Origin: Candidatus Moanibacter sp.
Lineage (GTDB): Bacteria > Verrucomicrobiota > Verrucomicrobiia > Opitutales > UBA2987
Reading direction: 5' to 3'
DNA: 64,000 bases
NCBI GenBank assembly: GCA_965215885.1
Contig: CBDCEW010000081.1
Span: forward strand, 1-64,000
Shown here: one piece after another, positions 1 to 9,883 of the stretch
Layout of the letters: each line of letters opens with the position of its first letter
Numbering within the stretch: the stretch's first letter is position 1
The notes under the pieces: model-generated
Seen by the model: only the letters and a program-made list of their open reading frames with translations
Database searches by the model: none
What the model was told of the DNA's origin: nothing
Translations under genes and position numbers: made by a program

Positions 1-1040
1 CGCCGAAATAAAATAGCAGAAACCACCTGTCGCCGCCGAGCGGCACCATCCAGGGATATCCGAAATCCCGGTTGAGATTCTCCTCATCGCTCGGTAGCGT
101 GGTAATCAAGCCGATCTTTTTCCAGTCCAGTTCATGCAGGTCAGCGGTCCATAGACTGATCGTGCCCGGAGTGCTCCCAGGCACACGACGCTCAGTAACC
201 AGTGAATAAAGGAGGGAAGGCCTGGGCGGGTCAGAAGTGACAAATGGTGAGGGAAGCCGGTATTTCCCCGGTGCGGAACTCACGATGGCGTCCTGCTTGA
301 TGTCCCAAGTCCGACCAAGATCGTCCGAGACAGCCTGCCAGGTGCGACTGTGGAGAGGCTTATTACTTTCGCGGTATAGTGCGACTATGCGTCCTTCCGT
401 AAATGTGGCGGCCGGTTCCACGAGTTCGGCATCGGCGATTTGCCTTGGGGCCGCTCCAGGAACTGCCATTGTCGTCGGAAGTGGCCACCCAGATCCCATT
501 CTCGGATCTTGGGCTGCGAAAGTGACCGAAAACCAGGAGGCGATCATCCGGGAGGGACAGGATGTTGCCATAGACCGATCCACTTCGATCATCAGCCAAG
601 TTGGAAGTGTCCACAGGAATCCAGGTTGCTCCTTCATTTTCGGATCTCCAGCCGAGGATAGTGTGGGCTTCGTTGCCTCGGAAGGCCATGGCCAGAAGTA
701 CGATGGCACCGTCACCGGCGATTCCGAGAGCCGTATTCCCGCTGTGCGTATACTGGTCATGTGCCCCGAATTCATGGACGATGTGCGGCGGTGTGAGAGT
801 TTCTCCACAATCCTCGGAGATGGAGATTGCGGGACTGCCTTCGCCGCCTGAACCGTGAAACCGTGCCGCGATGTAGGAGGCAATGATGATACCCTCCTGC
901 GTTCGCACCATTCGGGGCCAGGCGAGGTGCGCAAAACGCGGATTTAGCGGTGGTTCCACCGCCAACTTTGGTTCGCCGTAGTCACCGGCCTGGGGGCATG
1001 TATGCCAGATTTTATCTCTGTTTGTCTGGGTGCCTTTCAT
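1..1040 (-). pseudogene. BNR/Asp-box (exo-alpha-sialidase-like) beta-propeller protein, frameshifted near 440, runs off the window start
   Basis: Asp-boxes SEDCGET, SENEGATW, SDDNGSSW in ORF 363-1040. After a frame change near 440 the reading continues QIADAELVEPAA...SDDLGRTW...DFGYPWMV to position 1. Confidence 0.75.
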
Positions 1041-1257
1041 TCAGTACTACGTTAACAGTTCAATGATCCAGCAGTCCTACCATGCTCTTGCGAGCGCGGC
1101 TACTCTTTTTCCTTTCCGTAGTCACTTTCGTGAGAAGGTGGAATACCTCCGCACGGGCGGCACTGGTCTCTTCCAACAAAATTGTATGATTTTCAGATCC
1201 GTGGGGCCCCAGCGCGTTCCTTGCCGGATCAAATGGGTGTGAAACTTCTGACAGCAT

Positions 1258-1333
1258 AGTGGCACAGGCTTCCAGCCTGTGTAAAGCGTGGATCTCTGTC
1301 ACGACCTCTGACAGGCTGGAAGCCTGTGCCACT
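1258..1333. repeat. REP doublet, family GTGGCACAGGCTTCCAGCCTGT
   Basis: 23-bp perfect inverted repeat 1258-1280/1311-1333; same unit at 7703-7781 and a half copy at 27031-27056. Confidence 0.85.
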
Positions 1334-1556
1334 CAGGGGTCTTCCTTAAGGAGAATTCGTTAGCCTATCGCGCGGAAACCCGCATGGACAGTGAAGTTAC
1401 TGGTGTCATGTGCCGTGAGGAACATCGAAATTGACAAGGTTGTATGAGTTGAGGTTGCTGGTTCAAAAGGCGTTCATGCTTATTCCGGGACTTTCCTCCG
1501 TAATATAGTCGCCATTGTGTAGCCGCCTTCGCAAGAAGGTGGAAGACAACATGCCC

Positions 1557-1584
1557 TTGACCAATTACACAAAAAACCTACAAT
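1557..1584 (+). promoter_or_regulatory. Possible sigma70 promoter for a nearly leaderless vapB transcript
   Basis: TTGACC-N16-TACAAT a few bases upstream of ATGs at 1587/1593. Confidence 0.4.
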
Positions 1585-1592
1585 TTATGTGT

Positions 1593-1868
1593 ATGAAGAG
1601 AACTAATGTTGTGCTTGATGAGAAACTTATAAATGAGGGCTTGGAAATGACCGGCCTTAAGACTCAGAAGGCCTTGATCGATCGAGCGTTAAGAGATCTG
1701 GTGAGGCGCGGTCGCCAGAAGGACATGCTTCGTCATGAAGGCAAGGTACGCTGGGAGGGCGATCTGAATGAAATGCGGGAGATGCGCTTGCCTTGGAGCA
1801 CGATGTGGAAGTCCTTCACAAGGACCGAGATTTCAACCAAATCGCCAGAGTTTATCCATTACGAATAA
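1593..1868 (+). CDS. vapB: VapB-family antitoxin; its 3' end runs into a deleted vapC remnant
   Basis: MKRTNVVLDEKLI...GLKTQKALIDRAL...WEGDLNEMR is the typical VapB pattern. The tail after ~1790 looks like read-through. Confidence 0.7.
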   Translation: MKRTNVVLDEKLINEGLEMTGLKTQKALIDRALRDLVRRGRQKDMLRHEGKVRWEGDLNEMREMRLPWSTMWKSFTRTEISTKSPEFIHYE

Positions 1869-2221
1869 GATGAAACTCGAGTGTGAAGGAATTTCCATCG
1901 GATCTATGGACACAATGATTGCCGCGCACGCCCTTTCCCTGGATTCTACCGTCGTGACCAATAATACTAGCCCGAACATTTCACAAATCTTCTGCTACGA
2001 CCGCGGATGTCACTGCGTCTCAAAGCCTTCCCTTGCCCGGCGACCTCAGTGGGTTCCAATCCCGGCGTGCCGGGATCGCCCGCCGTGCTGCGGAAAGGCA
2101 CTGATACGCAGCAACCTACGCAGTCTCGCTACGAAGTGTGTGAAATGTCCGGGCTAGAGAATTCCAGCGAGTTCCGGATCTTCGAATTGAAGACTGGAGC
2201 GAACAGATTGACCGATCGTGA
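1788..2221 (+). pseudogene. vapC: Two VapC (PIN domain) C-terminal remnants, the second split by a MITE
   Basis: ALEHDVEVLHKDRDFNQIA (~1788-1873). Then GISIGSMDTMIAAHALSLDSTVVTNNT|REFQRVPDLRIEDWS, restored when the MITE and one CTAG are removed. Confidence 0.7.
1967..2157. mobile_element. MITE (~185 bp) with CTAG duplication, copy 1
   Basis: Ends CCCGAACATTTCACA / TGTGAAATGTCCGGG, CTAG on both sides, interrupts vapC; second copy at 23917-24105. Confidence 0.85.
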
Positions 2222-2264
2222 TCGTAGCCGGAACTCGACGGGAAGACCGAACGCTTGCGCGTCC

Positions 2265-2770
2265 GGCTACCTCATCATAATAATCCAAAGTCGGAAGAGG
2301 AGACGATCGACAGGAGATCACGATTGAGAAGCACGATAGGGAGGAGGGGAAACCCGTTAGATCTTCCGTCGTAATCATAATCGTAATCTAAAGTCGAAAG
2401 AAGGGAAGATCGACAGGAGATCACGATTGAGAGTCACGATAGGGAGAGAGAATTGGAGAGACGCGGAGACACGGGAACACGGAGAAGGGGAGAGCTGGAA
2501 GCTGATGAACCTTCCCGTCGTAATCATAATCGTAATCTAAATTCGAAAAGAGGAAGATCGACAGGAGATTTCCCTTCTTTCGACTTTAGATTACGATTAT
2601 GATTACGACGGAAGATCTAACGGGTTTCCCCTCCTCCCTATCGTGCTTCTCAATCGTGATCTCCTGTCGATCCACGATTGAGAGTCACGATGGGAATGGG
2701 AGAACCCGCTAGGTCTTCCCGTCGTAATCATAATCGTAATCCAAAGTCGAAAGAAATGGAGATCGACTGG
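2265..2770. repeat. Array of direct and inverted ~75-bp units (CGTCGTAATCATAATCGTAATCTAAAGTCGAAAG...GATCGACAGGAGATCACGATTGAGA)
   Basis: Forward units near 2271, 2366, 2516 and 2720; one inverted unit ~2575-2670. Confidence 0.8.
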
Positions 2771-2846
2771 AAACCTCCTTTGACAGGATGCTGGCACGGA
2801 CATCTGTGAAAATCGTCCCATCCTATCTCGCGGAGCCTTAAACGCT

Positions 2847-4222
2847 ATGGCAGACAGACCCAACATCCTCGTCATTCTGTCCGATCAGCACGGGGCAAAA
2901 TTCACCGGGGCCTATGGGCACCCAGTGGTTCAGTCCCCGTATATCGACCGGCTTGCCGAAGAGGGCGTACTCTTTGCCAACGCCTACACTAACTGTCCGC
3001 TCTGCGTACCCTCACGCATGTCTTTCCTGACTGGAAGACGCGTCCAGAATATTGGCGTCTGGGACAATCATACCATTCTCCCATCGTCTTCCCCGACTTG
3101 GCCGCGCACTTTGAGCGAGGCGGGATATGACGTCGTGTTGAACGGAAAAATGCATTTCCGGGGTCCGGATCAACTCCACGGCTTTGACCGTCAGATCTCC
3201 TTTGACCCAACCGGTAGGGTCGACACGCAGAATGACCACTCGGCGCCGATCCCGAACTGGAAAGAGGGCGCTACTATTCGTGGTGTTCACCACCGCCTCA
3301 TACCCTGCCGTCGGTAAACCCAATCCTGTTGATGACGCCGTTGCACCGGCTGCCATCCGGTATCTTAAGGAAAGAGCGGGAAAGAGCCAACCCTGGGCCA
3401 TGGTAGCCAGCTTTTGTGCCCCACACCCTCCTTGGAGGGTGGAGCAAACGTATCTCGACGGATATTCGTTTGAAGACATAGATCTTCCGATCGTTCCGGA
3501 AGGCCACCTGGAGAATCAGCACCCCGTGCATCGCCGCTTGAGAGCCGCCCGGCATACTCATGAAGGTCTCTATCCAGATGAACTCGTTAGACGTGCCCGA
3601 ATGACCTATTACGCGCTCGTCACTCGGATCGACGAGCGTATCGGTTTGATTCTCGATGCCCTCCGGGAGTCAGGACAGGAGCGGGACACCCTCGTCGTCT
3701 ATTCCAGCGACCACGGAGAAATGCTCGGAGAACAGGGCCTCTGGAATAAGTCTTCCATGTTTGAGCCTTCGGCTCACATACCCCTTATTGTCCGGTGGAC
3801 GGGTCATCCTTTCGGCTGGGAAGCGCGTGGAGAGTGTCGTATCGCTTATCGACCTCGCCGCTACCATCGTATCACTGGGGGGAGTCACAGATTCTATGAC
3901 GCTTGACGGCAGCGATTTCATGAAACTTGCCCGTGACGAAGACCCCGATTGGAAAGACGAGGCCTTGGTGGAACACTATGGAACCTGGGTCGACCGACCC
4001 CTGGCCGCCCTGCGCCGGGGACCATACAAGCTTGTGAAGAGCCTAAACGAAGAACCGGAGCTTTACGATCTTGTGGAGGATCCAGACGAACTTCACGATC
4101 GATCGGCTCACGCCGAATGGTCGGAAATTAAAAGAGAATTAGAAAGGCGCCTTTTTGATCAGTGGGACCCGGTGAAGCTTAATGAGGATGTTCGCCGAAG
4201 CCAGGCGGAAAGACGGCGTTAG
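2847..4222 (+). pseudogene. Sulfatase (choline-sulfatase-like), two frameshifts
   Basis: RPNILVILSDQH, CVPSR formylglycine motif, GKMH, SSDHGEMLG, PELYDL spread over ORFs 2847-3317, 3184-3906 and 3656-4222. Confidence 0.85.
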
Positions 4223-4463
4223 TCCGCTTATTTAGGATGTCGCTTCGCTCGGTACACAGAATAAGCGGACTAGAAAGTGAAACCGATTTGCAATTTAGTG
4301 AAAGTCCAAAGTCGAAGGTCGGAAGGTCGGAAGACAAGAGTCGAAAGTCAGAAGGTCGAAGGTCGAATATGTGGATTGCTTCGTCATTCTTCCTCGCAAT
4401 GACAGGCACCATGAAATCTCCTCCAGAGGTGATGCTAGGAATTCTGAGTTCGACTGATTCCAG

Positions 4464-4711
4464 GTACCTGTTCAGTGTGTCTGAGGCTGCCCCGGTCTTG
4501 TGCCGGGGTGGCGCACGCTACGAAACTACAATATGCGATCGGCACCACACACCCCTCCACCCTTCCTCTCTCCACGCATTCGAAACGCGAATGGGTGGAG
4601 AGAGGAAGGGTGGAGGGGAAGGTAGGGGCAACCGATGTGGGGCAAGGAACGTGCGCCACCCCGGCACAAGACCGGGGCAGCCTGCAATCGAAAGTAACGC
4701 TAAACACTTAC
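4464..4711. repeat. Nested palindromic REPIN/MITE-like element, empty copy
   Basis: 34-bp perfect inverted arms 4484-4517/4650-4683, 24-bp inner stem 4552-4575/4595-4618, imperfect outer ends GTACCTGTTCAGTG / CGCTAAACACTTAC. Confidence 0.9.
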
Positions 4712-4783
4712 GATTCTCGCCTGGATATCCTGTGAGATTCTCAGGCTAGTGATTGCGCAGGCGGCTCTTAGGTGTAATAGTCC

Positions 4784-6217
4784 GTGGCCATGAACAGTTT
4801 TGCATATTCGAGAACGATCCCTGAGATCGCCGACTACGATGTCGTGGTGGTTGGGGGTGGCATGGGTGGGGTTGGAGCGGCTTGCGCGGCAGCTCATGGC
4901 GGGGCACGGACACTATTGATCGAGCGTTTTGCCCAGTTAGGCGGAATGGCGACGATCGGGGGGGTGTGCAACTGGGCCTATGGCGGACCACTGGAAGGGC
5001 AGGGCAGGGTCTTTGATGAGCAACTCAGGATCATGGGGCGGATGGGAGCCATCGGGGAAGATAAGGGGTGGCCTGCGTTTCTCAATATCAGGGAAAATTC
5101 ACGCGGTCAGGACATCCGATATTACAATAACCTTTTTGATCACAACATTCTTCCTGTGGTGCTTCAGCATCAGGCCGAAAAGGCGGGAGTGGACTTGCTC
5201 TATCACACGGAGCTGACCGACGTCGTCATGAAGGGGAAGGTAGTGGATGCGGTGGTGATTCACAATCGGAGCCTGCTCCAGGCAGTGCGGGCCAGGATCG
5301 TCGTGGATGCGACGGGAGATGGGGTGTTGGGCCGGCATGCGGGTGCTCAGGTCATTCCCGAAGGGGAGGAGTACACGAGGACGCCGGCCGGTTTCATGTT
5401 ATTCCTGGGTGAGAACAATAAACTCGAGGTACTTCCAGAGTTGTATCCCGAAGGTGAGGAGCCATTTGAAAAGCTCAGCTATGCCGAATTCTCCGAGGAA
5501 GAACGGACGGATATCGCCAGCAAGTACGAAGAAGATCATTGCTTTTGGGTGTCGAAGTGTAGACGGGGCAAGATCTGGATTCCCCCTGGAGGCGTAAAAG
5601 GGCATCTTTTGCCCAATGGCTCAAGGGCGGTCAAGCTGAGGGTTCACGGTTTTGATACGTCCACAGGTGAGGGATTGAGTGCGGCGGAACAGTTCACGCG
5701 TTCACTGATTCCAGAGATCGTTCGTTGTGCTGGGCTGAATCTCGAATCGGGCGTGAAGATCGACAGCGTGTCGCCGATGTTGGGATTACGGCAGGGGCCA
5801 CGCATTATGGGAGAGTATGTTCTAAGTGTCGGCGACATCAAACAGCAGAGGGTTTTTGAGGATAGTGTGGCCTTTGGAGGCGCCGGTATTGATACGGTCA
5901 ATCACTACGTCGATCACTGGGTGCCTCCGTATCAGGTGCCGCTACGGTCGCTCATAGCCCAGGGATTGGATAACCTCTTCGTGGTGGGAAGGTGTGTTTC
6001 TGCCGACTTTCATGCCTGGTCCAGCTTGCGGGTGATGACGACCTGTTGCCTCCTGGGACAGGCGGCCGGGACAGCCGCTGCGATCTGTATTCGGGAAAAC
6101 ACCCCGATTCGAGATGTGGATCCGGCGGGAGTTCGTGAGATATTGATTTCACGAGCCGATCATCCGGAGTTGATGCGGCAAAGGATGGATCCAGCCAGGG
6201 ACGGCTTGCCGGATTGA
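4784..6217 (+). CDS. FAD-dependent oxidoreductase (FAD_oxidored-type)
   Basis: YDVVVVGGGMGG Rossmann motif, VDATGDG, PYQVPLRSLI, NLFVVGRCVSAD, LRVMTTC..LGQAAG. Confidence 0.9.
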   Translation: MAMNSFAYSRTIPEIADYDVVVVGGGMGGVGAACAAAHGGARTLLIERFAQLGGMATIGGVCNWAYGGPLEGQGRVFDEQLRIMGRMGAIGEDKGWPAFLNIRENSRGQDIRYYNNLFDHNILPVVLQHQAEKAGVDLLYHTELTDVVMKGKVVDAVVIHNRSLLQAVRARIVVDATGDGVLGRHAGAQVIPEGEEYTRTPAGFMLFLGENNKLEVLPELYPEGEEPFEKLSYAEFSEEERTDIASKYEEDHCFWVSKCRRGKIWIPPGGVKGHLLPNGSRAVKLRVHGFDTSTGEGLSAAEQFTRSLIPEIVRCAGLNLESGVKIDSVSPMLGLRQGPRIMGEYVLSVGDIKQQRVFEDSVAFGGAGIDTVNHYVDHWVPPYQVPLRSLIAQGLDNLFVVGRCVSADFHAWSSLRVMTTCCLLGQAAGTAAAICIRENTPIRDVDPAGVREILISRADHPELMRQRMDPARDGLPD

Positions 6218-6474
6218 TCGACTGGGACCGGGCCCTGTGGGGCGATCCCGAGATCGAGTATGCGGTGCTGGAATACTGCGGAATATCAACGCCGGAGTTT
6301 TGGCGTGGGTATGGCAGGCCGCGACCCAACGACTGCGATGCCAAGATTCGACGCGTCTTCTACCTCCTCTACGAAGTGTTGAAGTACATCGTCATCCGAA
6401 TCGTCAGAAGAAATAGCCCAACGGAAGCGGAACGATTCCGTTTGACGGCGCGCCAGCTTTTTGACCAGCTTTAG
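6214..6474 (+). pseudogene. C-terminal fragment of an aminoglycoside-phosphotransferase-like kinase
   Basis: LIDWDRALWGDPEIE motif at the very start; the N-lobe and HGD motif are missing. Confidence 0.6.
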
Positions 6475-6810
6475 CTTATTTATTCCCTTTCCCGGCCTAC
6501 AGGCCACGGGATGGCAGAGTTTCTAAATCATCATCGTGCGCGGAGCGCCCGATCCACCCGTAGCAAGGATCTTTGTGGTGGAACCCGTCGTTCGTTGCGC
6601 GAGCGCAACTGCGCCGAGGCAGGCGGCCCCCTTGCCACGCCGCAGCTCTGCCGTACGGCAGAGTGTAGGCGGGTCCGGGGACGTTTGTTTCACCTTTGAG
6701 AACAGCCTGGGCAAATAGAGTCCTAATGACCAAAGTGTTGCGGGAAGTTTTCATCGAATTGAAAGCGGTATGCAGTTGAAACGGCTGGATTTGACAGAGG
6801 AGAAATTGAG

Positions 6811-7611
6811 ATGGACTTAAGCAGTGTCGGAGTTGTTCCGAAACGAACGGCCGATCCGTTGGAAGCGTTGTCTCTTGTCAGGAGTGACGGGGCAGCGATA
6901 TTTACGGGGTTGGGACTCGATGGTGAGGAAGGGCGGAAGGCGTCGTATGCAGTATTCGGCGACGACGTTCTTGCGGTGCCGAGTGCGGCAAGAGTCTTCA
7001 TCGGTGGCGAGCAAGACCGCATACCGGAGGGACATTCGAACGCAACTCGTTCGCACACCCACACGGACGGGTACTCCTATGGTGAAAAGTATCCCGACTA
7101 TATCCTCCTTCTCTGTGCCCGGCACTGTGAGGCCGGGGGAGAATCCTTTCTTGTGGACGGCTACGCACTGCTCGATCTGATCGGGGATGATCCGGAATAC
7201 GGATGGTTGCCGGATGCGCTTAGCACAGTGCAGGTCAATCAGACCGAACCGGGAATGCAGCTCTCGATGGGCACGATTGTGAAGATGAATCCTGAGGGTC
7301 GAAAGATGCTGCTCATGGCGGGCGATCAGGATCAACGGCCGATGGACGACAGCGCGAATCCTGAACGGGACTCGGAGATGATTAAGACTTGGCGCAGGCT
7401 GGTTGAATCGGCGGCCGATATTATCCCGCGGTTCAAGCTACTTTCCGGCGAGGCCTTCATTATCGATAATTACCGGCTTTTTCACGGACGCGATCCGTAT
7501 GAGGACATGAATCGCCTGATGTGGAGGGTTTGGATCTGGACCCGGGAATGTGCATACGGTTTGCCTGAAGGCGTTCTGCATTCAGACAGCCGCTACGCGC
7601 GTGCTATTTAG
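6811..7611 (+). CDS. TauD/TfdA-family Fe(II)/2-oxoglutarate dioxygenase
   Basis: HTDG, PDYILLLC, GGESFLVDG, IDNYRLFHGR; SD-like GAGGAG upstream. Confidence 0.85.
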   Translation: MDLSSVGVVPKRTADPLEALSLVRSDGAAIFTGLGLDGEEGRKASYAVFGDDVLAVPSAARVFIGGEQDRIPEGHSNATRSHTHTDGYSYGEKYPDYILLLCARHCEAGGESFLVDGYALLDLIGDDPEYGWLPDALSTVQVNQTEPGMQLSMGTIVKMNPEGRKMLLMAGDQDQRPMDDSANPERDSEMIKTWRRLVESAADIIPRFKLLSGEAFIIDNYRLFHGRDPYEDMNRLMWRVWIWTRECAYGLPEGVLHSDSRYARAI

Positions 7612-7702
7612 CGGCCTTTCGGATTTCACTGAGTGGCAGCCGGCGTACAGGATGCTGCCGGATCAGATTCTGCCGCATGACAGTTTGAAACTCCTGGCAG
7701 CA

Positions 7703-7781
7703 AAGTGGCACAGGCTTCCAGCCTGTGGAGAAGTCATGAAAGACATTTAATTACTCCACAGGCTGGAAGCCTGTGCCACTT
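7703..7781. repeat. REP doublet, family GTGGCACAGGCTTCCAGCCTGT
   Basis: 28-bp perfect inverted repeat 7703-7730/7754-7781. Confidence 0.85.
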
Positions 7782-7989
7782 CGGGAAATCCCACGAAAAT
7801 TATTCATTAGGAACCTCCCGCGAATCCGCTCTGCTGTACGGCAGAGAAGTCTCACATGAGATCAGGACCCGTCGCTTCCGTAGAACCAGTCGATCGGGAC
7901 GCGCATAAGGATGCTTGAGACCGCCTTCGATAGAATACCTGAACCTTCAGAATGGCGCAAGACGATCCAGGCCTCATTGTCTTTGTACA

Positions 7990-9883
7990 CAGGGTAAAAG
8001 GATTCCAGGAAGCAACTAGCTGATAAGCAAGAAGATAAAAAAAGAGCTAAACAAACCCGAGGGAATCAGTCATGTTAAGATGGGATGAAAGACAAAAAAT
8101 CTTACCAACTGAATCCTTCGATAGATCGTTTAACTCTGCGTCTGGTCCTGCCCGAAGAGCAGGAGCGATTCAATGATCTATTGAAACAACATCATTATTT
8201 ACACAGTGCGGGCAGCGCAGGAGAGACCCTGCGCTATGTGGCGCAGATCGACGGGCAATGGATGGGCCTGCTCTTGTGGGGGGCCGCATCCTACCGGCTG
8301 AAGGATCGAGACGAATGGATCGGGAGGGACGGGGCGCAACGGCATGCACGATTGAAACTGGTAGTACAGAACCGGCGTTTTCTGATTTTGCCCGGGGTGG
8401 ATCTTGCAAATTTGGCCTCCAAGACGTTGGGTATGTGCCTGAGAGTCTTAGCCGATCACTGGCAGGAGGCTTTTGGCTATCGTCCCTTAGTAGCGGAAAC
8501 GTTCGTGGACCCACAGATTCACCGGGGCACTTGCTACGAAGCGAGCGGGTGGACGCCCTTGGGCTTGAGCGCGGGATATGGCCGCCAACGCGAAGATTTC
8601 TATCAACGCCATGAGCGTCCCAAGCAGATCTGGGTCAAACCCCTCAAGGCTAATGCCCTTGAGCTTTTGCGCGCTTCAGGGCCATTGCCCGCGGCACAGA
8701 GCCAGGCGCTCAATGAAACCGATAACTCCCATGCGGTCTGCCTCAAAGTGGAACAGATGAGCAGCCTGTGGGAACGCTTCAATCAGATAGAAGACTTCCG
8801 TCGTAAAGCGGGCCTTAGATATCGGCTCGCCACGGTCCTGAGCATGATTGTGCTCGGCACGATGTGCGGCAAACAGACCCTCAAGGGCATCGTGCGCCTG
8901 GCCCATCATCTCAATCAAGCCCAATTGCGCGCCTTACGCTCCTGGAAAAACCCCAAAACAGGCCGCTATAAGGCCCCTTGCTATGATGTCTTCTATCGGG
9001 TCTTGCAAAACGTAAAGGCCGAGCTCTTCGATAAAACCCTCACCGAATTCATCTGCTTACAAGACGGCTGTTTGCCCCGCGATATTGCCGTCGACGGCAA
9101 GACCCTCAAAGGCACAAACACCGAAGAATCAAAGGCTCTGCACCTGGTGGCCGCAGTCGATCACCAAAGCGCTCAAACCTTAGCCCAAGTCGCTACCGCC
9201 GATAAATCCAACGCGATCACCGCCGCCCAGACTCTCTTGCGAAAGATGCCCATTTTGGACGGCTCCACCTTCACCTTCGACGCCATGCATAATCAAAAAG
9301 AAACTGCCCACATCGTCGTCGAAGAACTCAGTGCTGACTATGTTATTCAAATTAAAGACAATCAGCCCAACATGCATCAATACGCTCAGAATCTCTTCAG
9401 CTCCACCCCCTTTTTCTCCACCAAACCGTGGACAATGACCATGGGCGACTCGAAATACGTCAAATAGCAACCCATTCTCTAAGCGCTCCCTCTGCCGGCC
9501 TGCCCCATGCCCGCCAGTTCGCCTGTGTGCAACGCACCTTCCATTATCCAAACAAAGCTGAACCTTCCTCTGAACGCTCTTACTACGTAAGCAGTCTCGA
9601 TCCCGCCGATTTGAGCCCTCAACAGTTCCTCTCGAAAATTCGCAACCATTGGTCGATCGAAAATAAAAATCATTACCCCAGGGATCGCTTCTTCGATGAA
9701 GATCGATGTATGATCCGTAATCATAACGCAGCCAGAATTCTTGCTGCATGCAGGCAACTGGTTCTCAGCCTCAAGTCTTCCATGGGCGCTGAATCCACTC
9801 CCGCACTCTGTGATGATTTCGTCTTTAACTTACATAAGGCCATCAATATCATCACCTAATGCTCCGAGAATCAAAATACCGTG
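7990..9883 (+). mobile_element. ISAs1-family insertion sequence
   Basis: 10-bp direct repeat TCTTTGTACA (7980-7989, 9884-9893); imperfect TIRs CAGGGTA.. / ..TACCGTG; transposase inside. Confidence 0.9.
8085..9859 (+). CDS. ISAs1 transposase with N-terminal DUF4338 (DruA-like) domain, split by a -1 frame change at a C5T5 run
   Basis: HHYL/RDEWIG/RFLILP/ETFVD..GTCY (DUF4338), then IAVDGKTLKG, TFDAMHNQK, IKDNQP; the second frame gives HGRLEIR, RNHWSIEN.HYPRD..FDED. Confidence 0.85.

Noticed and set aside
2265..2770. CRISPR array
   Set aside because: Units are long and degenerate, one is inverted, the intervening sequences are similar to each other, and no cas genes are present.
4237..4749. 170-aa ORF and other short ORFs over repeats
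   Set aside because: They are translations of heptamer repeats and of the palindromic element.
8085..9467. Druantia anti-phage system
   Set aside because: The DruA-like domain is fused to a transposase inside an IS, and no DruE helicase or other dru genes are nearby.
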